Assembly (NCBI GenBank): GCA_950097015.1
Contig: CATNEN010000013.1
Span: 186,001 to 250,000, forward strand
DNA length: 64,000 nt
Reading direction: 5' to 3'
From: Macrostomum hystrix
Taxonomy: Eukaryota > Animalia > Platyhelminthes
The notes beneath the pieces are model-generated. The model made no database searches and was not told the origin of the DNA. It saw only the letters and a list, made by a program, of their open reading frames with translations. The translations under genes were made by a program, and so were the position numbers. This document shows, piece by piece, positions 59,580-64,000 of the stretch. Each line of letters opens with the position of its first letter. Positions within the stretch are counted from its first letter, which is position 1.

Positions 59580-60384
59580 TTTCTAAGAAAGACTTTTTAG
59601 AATCTCCACCCATTTGTAACAACTGCTTACCGAAGTCGCATCTGATTTCTAAGAAAGACTTTTTAGAATCTCCACCCATTTGTAACAACTGCTTACCGAA
59701 GTCGCATCTGATTTCTAAGAAAGACTTTTTAGAATCTCCACCCATTTGTAACAACTGCTTACCGAAGTCGCATCTGATTTCTAAGAAAGACTTTTTAGAA
59801 TCTCCACCCATTTGTAACAACTGCTTACCGAAGTCGCATCTGATTTCTAAGAAAGACTTTTTAGAATCTCCACCCATTTGTAACAACTGCTTACCGAAGT
59901 CGCATCTGATTTCTAAGAAAGACTTTTTAGAATCTCCACCCATTTGTAACAACTGCTTACCGAAGTCGCATCTGATTTCTAAGAAAGACTTTTTAGAATC
60001 TCCACCCATTTGTAACAACTGCTTACCGAAGTCGCATCTGATTTCTAAGAAAGACTTTTTAGAATCTCCACCCATTTGTAACAACTGCTTACCGAAGTCG
60101 CATCTGATTTCTAAGAAAGACTTTTTAGAATCTCCACCCATTTGTAACAACTGCTTACCGAAGTCGCATCTGATTTCTAAGAAAGACTTTTTAGAATCTC
60201 CACCCATTTGTAACAACTGCTTACCGAAGTCGCATCTGATTTCTAAGAAAGACTTTTTAGAATCTCCACCCATTTGTAACAACTGCTTACCGGAGTCGCA
60301 TCTGATTTCTAAGAAAGACTTTTTAGAATCTCCACCCATTTGTAACAACTGCTTACCGAAGTCGCATCTGATTTCTAAGAAAGT
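59580..60384. repeat. 66-bp minisatellite, about 12 near-perfect copies
   Basis: Unit TTCTAAGAAAGACTTTTTAGAATCTCCACCCATTTGTAACAACTGCTTACCGAAGTCGCATCTGAT. Confidence 0.97.
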
Positions 60385-60578
60385 ATTTTAATATTCCAAT
60401 CCATTTTTCCACAATCACATCTGCTTTCTTAGAAAGGCTTTCCGAAATCACGCACGATTTAAGAAATGTATCTAACAAAAAGATTTAAAAAAATAATTTT
60501 TTAAGAAAATAATCAGGAACATATGCAAAATACTCGCATATGTCCTTATTCCGACAACATCTAAATCCGCACCCACAG

Positions 60579-60843
60579 AAGCGGGACTTCTTCAGCAAGT
60601 TCTGCATTCATCCCAGCACTCTAGTCAGCTACTTCTCCCAGGTGGAGCAGCACTACAAGCCCGAGAATCCCTACCACAATGCCGTGCACGCTGCCGATGT
60701 CACCCAGAGCACCCACGTGCTGCTCAACGCGCCGTCGATTGGCAACGTATTCACCGACTTGGAGATCCTGGCCAGCGTGTTTGCCTGCGCCATTCACGAC
60801 GTGAATCATCCGGGCGTCACCAACCAGTTCCTCATCAACACTG
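60579..60843 (+). CDS. PDE4: PDE4 catalytic exon (metal-binding motifs)
   Basis: Acceptor CCACAG|AAG; YHNAVHAADVTQSTHVLL, AIHDVNHPGVTNQFLINT; donor G|GTGAGT. Confidence 0.96.
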
Positions 60844-60944
60844 GTGAGTTGCAGCTGTGCGGGTACGACTGTTTGCCACTGGGAATACCAAACCATTTTC
60901 CCACTCATTATATACGAGCGTTGTACCAAAGTGATACAAAGGGG

Positions 60945-61285
60945 TGAATGGCGCAGAGCTGTTATCGCGTTTGCCTGTGGCGCCAACGTCCATGAGCTTG
61001 ATTCCGCGCCGAGGCCACATTCATTTGGGGCGCAGCCGCGGAGAGATGGCTTGGGGGCTTGTCGTGCAATTTACGCCATCGAGGGCCAACCTCCAAGGCA
61101 CAGTGAAAGTGTACACTGCCTGACAATGAGAAAGTCAGGGCAGATGTACACACGTGTGTGAGCGTATGCCTGCGTACAGTACTCTGTGTGCGTGTGTTTA
61201 GGAGTCAGCGGAATGGGCAGAATTGCCTCCTCGCTGGCTGCGTGTCTAGTGTCACCAAATGATGTGCCATTTCCAGCAGCCCAAC
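60945..61285 (+). mobile_element. SINE family A copy
   Basis: Aligns with 35872-36240; tail lost. Confidence 0.88.
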
Positions 61286-62344
61286 GCGAAGAGATGATTA
61301 AAAATCAATCAAAGGGCCCATGGAGGCGAAAATCATTCTTCTATTTATATTTCTATTGCTAAAAAATCTGGTTGAGATTGAAGATTTTTGTAGTAAGCAA
61401 AATCCTGAGACGGAGAATAAAATAATCAAAAGCTGATCGAAAGAAGTACTTTGAAGTCTGAGATTGGATTTGATTGTGGAGCGAGATAGAATAGAGATTG
61501 CAGCTGACGACTTGCAGGACAAAGGCTGGGGAACTGGATTAAAGTGGAAGCGGAGTTAGGGCAGGCTAGGTCATATCTCAGGATGAATCTTTCCACTATT
61601 CTAAAGCCCCCCTTCTTGATCTGGCCGTTTAATAAGCCTCAGCAAGGGCTGACAATTATCTATAATGAACAGCCGCAAGCTGGTCCATTGCTGGAAGCTA
61701 TTCTTTGCCCAGCTTATATTTATGGACTGTACAACTATGGCTACATTCTGCAAACCGAATATCCGGCCCCAGTGTGAGTTGATGAGTCTCCTCCCATTCA
61801 TCCTTCTCTTATTTCTCTCTCTCATTCATCTCGCATTGCCGTCACTCCGACCATTCTATAACTCGCACATCTCGTGTGCCTGAAGCCTCACAAGCCGTTC
61901 TTATGGCACAGCGGCTTGAGTGCGCCCCTCCCTCATGGCGTTCATTGTGGGGCCGCGTCAGATCCTTGAGCCAGGGGATCCTCCGCCCACGCATTACTCA
62001 AATCTGCTGTGTCAGCCTGTATAGTGTATACCATCACCCGAAAATAAGTTGAGTAAAACTTACTTCTAGAGTAAGCGCTTTCGTATTGTCGTGAGTCTAC
62101 TCGTACTCAAGATAAATATAATCAGAGGTGAGAAGGACAAATTTTCGTGTTCAATCATGTGATTAAGGTAGTCTCAAAATAAACAGAATTAACAGCATGA
62201 TTTAATCTATGTTACTCAGATTAACTTGATCTGATTTAGTATAAATCATGATTTCAGATTTCAGACGTAGTCGATTAACTTAACTCATTTGAACACTCAT
62301 AAACAGAACTCTTTTTTCTGCTAAAATTTTCGAATTCATAGCGC

Positions 62345-63535
62345 TTTTGATTGCGTGACCTTGGGGGATGAAATTCAATGCACATTCTCTCGCTTTTGAT
62401 TGCGTGACCTTGGGGGATGAAATTCAATGCACATTCTCTCGCATTTGATTGCGTGACCTTGGGGGATGAAATTCAATGCACATTCTCTCGCATTTGATTG
62501 CGTGACCTTGGGGGATGAAATTCAATGCACATTCTCTCGCATTTGATTGCGTGACCTTGGGGATGAAATTCAATGCAGATTCTCTCGCATTTGATAGTGT
62601 GACCTTGGGGGATGAAATTCAATGCAGATTCTCTCGCATTTGATAGTGTGACCTTGGGGGATGAAATTCAATGCGCTTTCTCGCGTTTGATAGTGTGACC
62701 TTGGGGGATGAAATTCAATGCACATTCTCTCGCATTTGATTGCGTGACCTTGGGGGATGAAATTCAATGCACATTCTCTCGCATTTGATTGCGTGACCTT
62801 GGGGGATGAAATTCAATGCACATTCTCTCGCATTTGATAGTGTGACCTTGGGGGATGAAATTCAATGCACATTCTCTCGCATTTGATTGCGTGACCTTGG
62901 GGGATGAAATTCAATGCACATTCTCTCGCATTTGATTGCGTGACCTTGGGGATGAAATTCAAATCACATTCTCTCGCATTTGATTGTGTGACCTTGGGGG
63001 ATGAAATTCAATGCACATTCTCTCGCATTTGATAGTGTGACCTTGGGGGATGAAATTCAATGCACATTCTCTCGCATTTGATAGTGTGACCTTGGGGGAT
63101 GAAATTCAATGCACATTCTCTCGCATTTGATAGTGTGACCTTGGGGGATGAAATTCAATGCACATTCTCTCGCATTTGATTGTGTGACCTTGGGGGATGA
63201 AATTCAATGCACATTCTCTCGCATTTGATAGTGTGACCTTGGGGGATGAAATTCAATGCACATTCTCTCACATTTGATAGTGTGACCTTGGGGGATGAAA
63301 TTCAATGCACATTCTCTCGCATTTGATAGTGTGACCTTGGGGGATGAAATTCAATGCACATTCTCTCGCATTTGATTGTGTGACCTTGGGGGATGAAATT
63401 AAATGCACATTCTCTCGCATTTGATAGTGTGACCTTGGGGGATGAAATTCAATGCACATTCTCTCACATTTGATAGAGTGACCTTGGGGGATGAAATTCA
63501 ATGCACATTCTCTCGCATTTGATTGCGTGATCTTA
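62345..63535. repeat. 48-49-bp minisatellite, about 24 copies
   Basis: Unit GTGACCTTGGGGGATGAAATTCAATGCACATTCTCTCGCATTTGATTGC. Confidence 0.96.
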
Positions 63536-63646
63536 GGAAGTGAAATTCAACGCACATTCTCGACTTCACATTCAAAAACAGGCGAATAAACTTAACGCAC
63601 GCGCTCTTTTCAATTTTGCATTGAAAACAACGCCTTTCGCTCGCAG

Positions 63647-64000
63647 AGAACGAGTTGGCAATCATGTACAACGACATGAGTGTGCTGGAGAACCACCACT
63701 GTGCGGTTGCCTTCAAACTGCTGCAAGATCCCGGCTGCAACATCTTCAGCCAGCTGGACGATGTTGAAAGACGCCAGCTGCGCAAGATGGTCATCGACAT
63801 GGTGCTGGCCACGGACATGAGCAAGCACATGTCCCTGCTGGCCGACCTCAAAACCATGGTGGAGACAAAGAAAGTCGCCGGCGGCTGCCTTCTGAAGCTG
63901 GATAACTACAGTGAGAAGATGCAGATCATGCAGAACATGGTGCACTGCGCCGACCTCAGCAACCCGGCCAAGCCGCTGCCGCTGTCCACCCAGTGGGTCA
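63647..64000 (+). CDS. PDE4: PDE4 catalytic exon, truncated by the window end
   Basis: Acceptor TCGCAG|AG; [36 protein letters not shown]. Confidence 0.96.

Noticed and set aside
59389-60348. 319-aa ORF of 22-aa repeats, and a CRISPR-like look of the 66-bp array
   Set aside because: Head-to-tail identical units with no unique spacers, inside a spliceosomal intron, with no cas genes.

Overview
Eukaryotic (invertebrate animal) genomic DNA, not prokaryotic: spliceosomal GT-AG introns, tRNA-derived SINEs, and about 16 kb (roughly 25%) of mini/microsatellite. A repeat-rich flatworm such as Macrostomum is a guess, not a determination. From left to right: two tandem intronless hexokinases that form a mosaic of identical and strongly diverged tracts; a decayed antisense retroelement-like segment with a 2A/StopGo-like motif followed by a broken PHD finger; an intronless type I membrane protein with about 20 16-aa Ser/Gly/Thr repeats; a 5-exon Src-family kinase with a Gln/Tyr-rich unique domain and no activation-loop tyrosine; and a PDE4/dunce gene spanning more than 42 kb that runs off the right end. 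The main finding is in PDE4. Eight candidate alternative N-terminal exon units (21.6-43.5 kb) all end at a GT donor in phase 2, matching the single UCR1 acceptor at 48584, and a ninth start reads into the second UCR1 exon. Several carry PKA-type RRH[S/T] sites and calcineurin-type docking motifs (PxIxIT, LxVP); two lie between inverted 44-bp minisatellite arrays. All splice models were derived by eye and need transcript confirmation. Most long ORFs in the supplied track are satellite artefacts.
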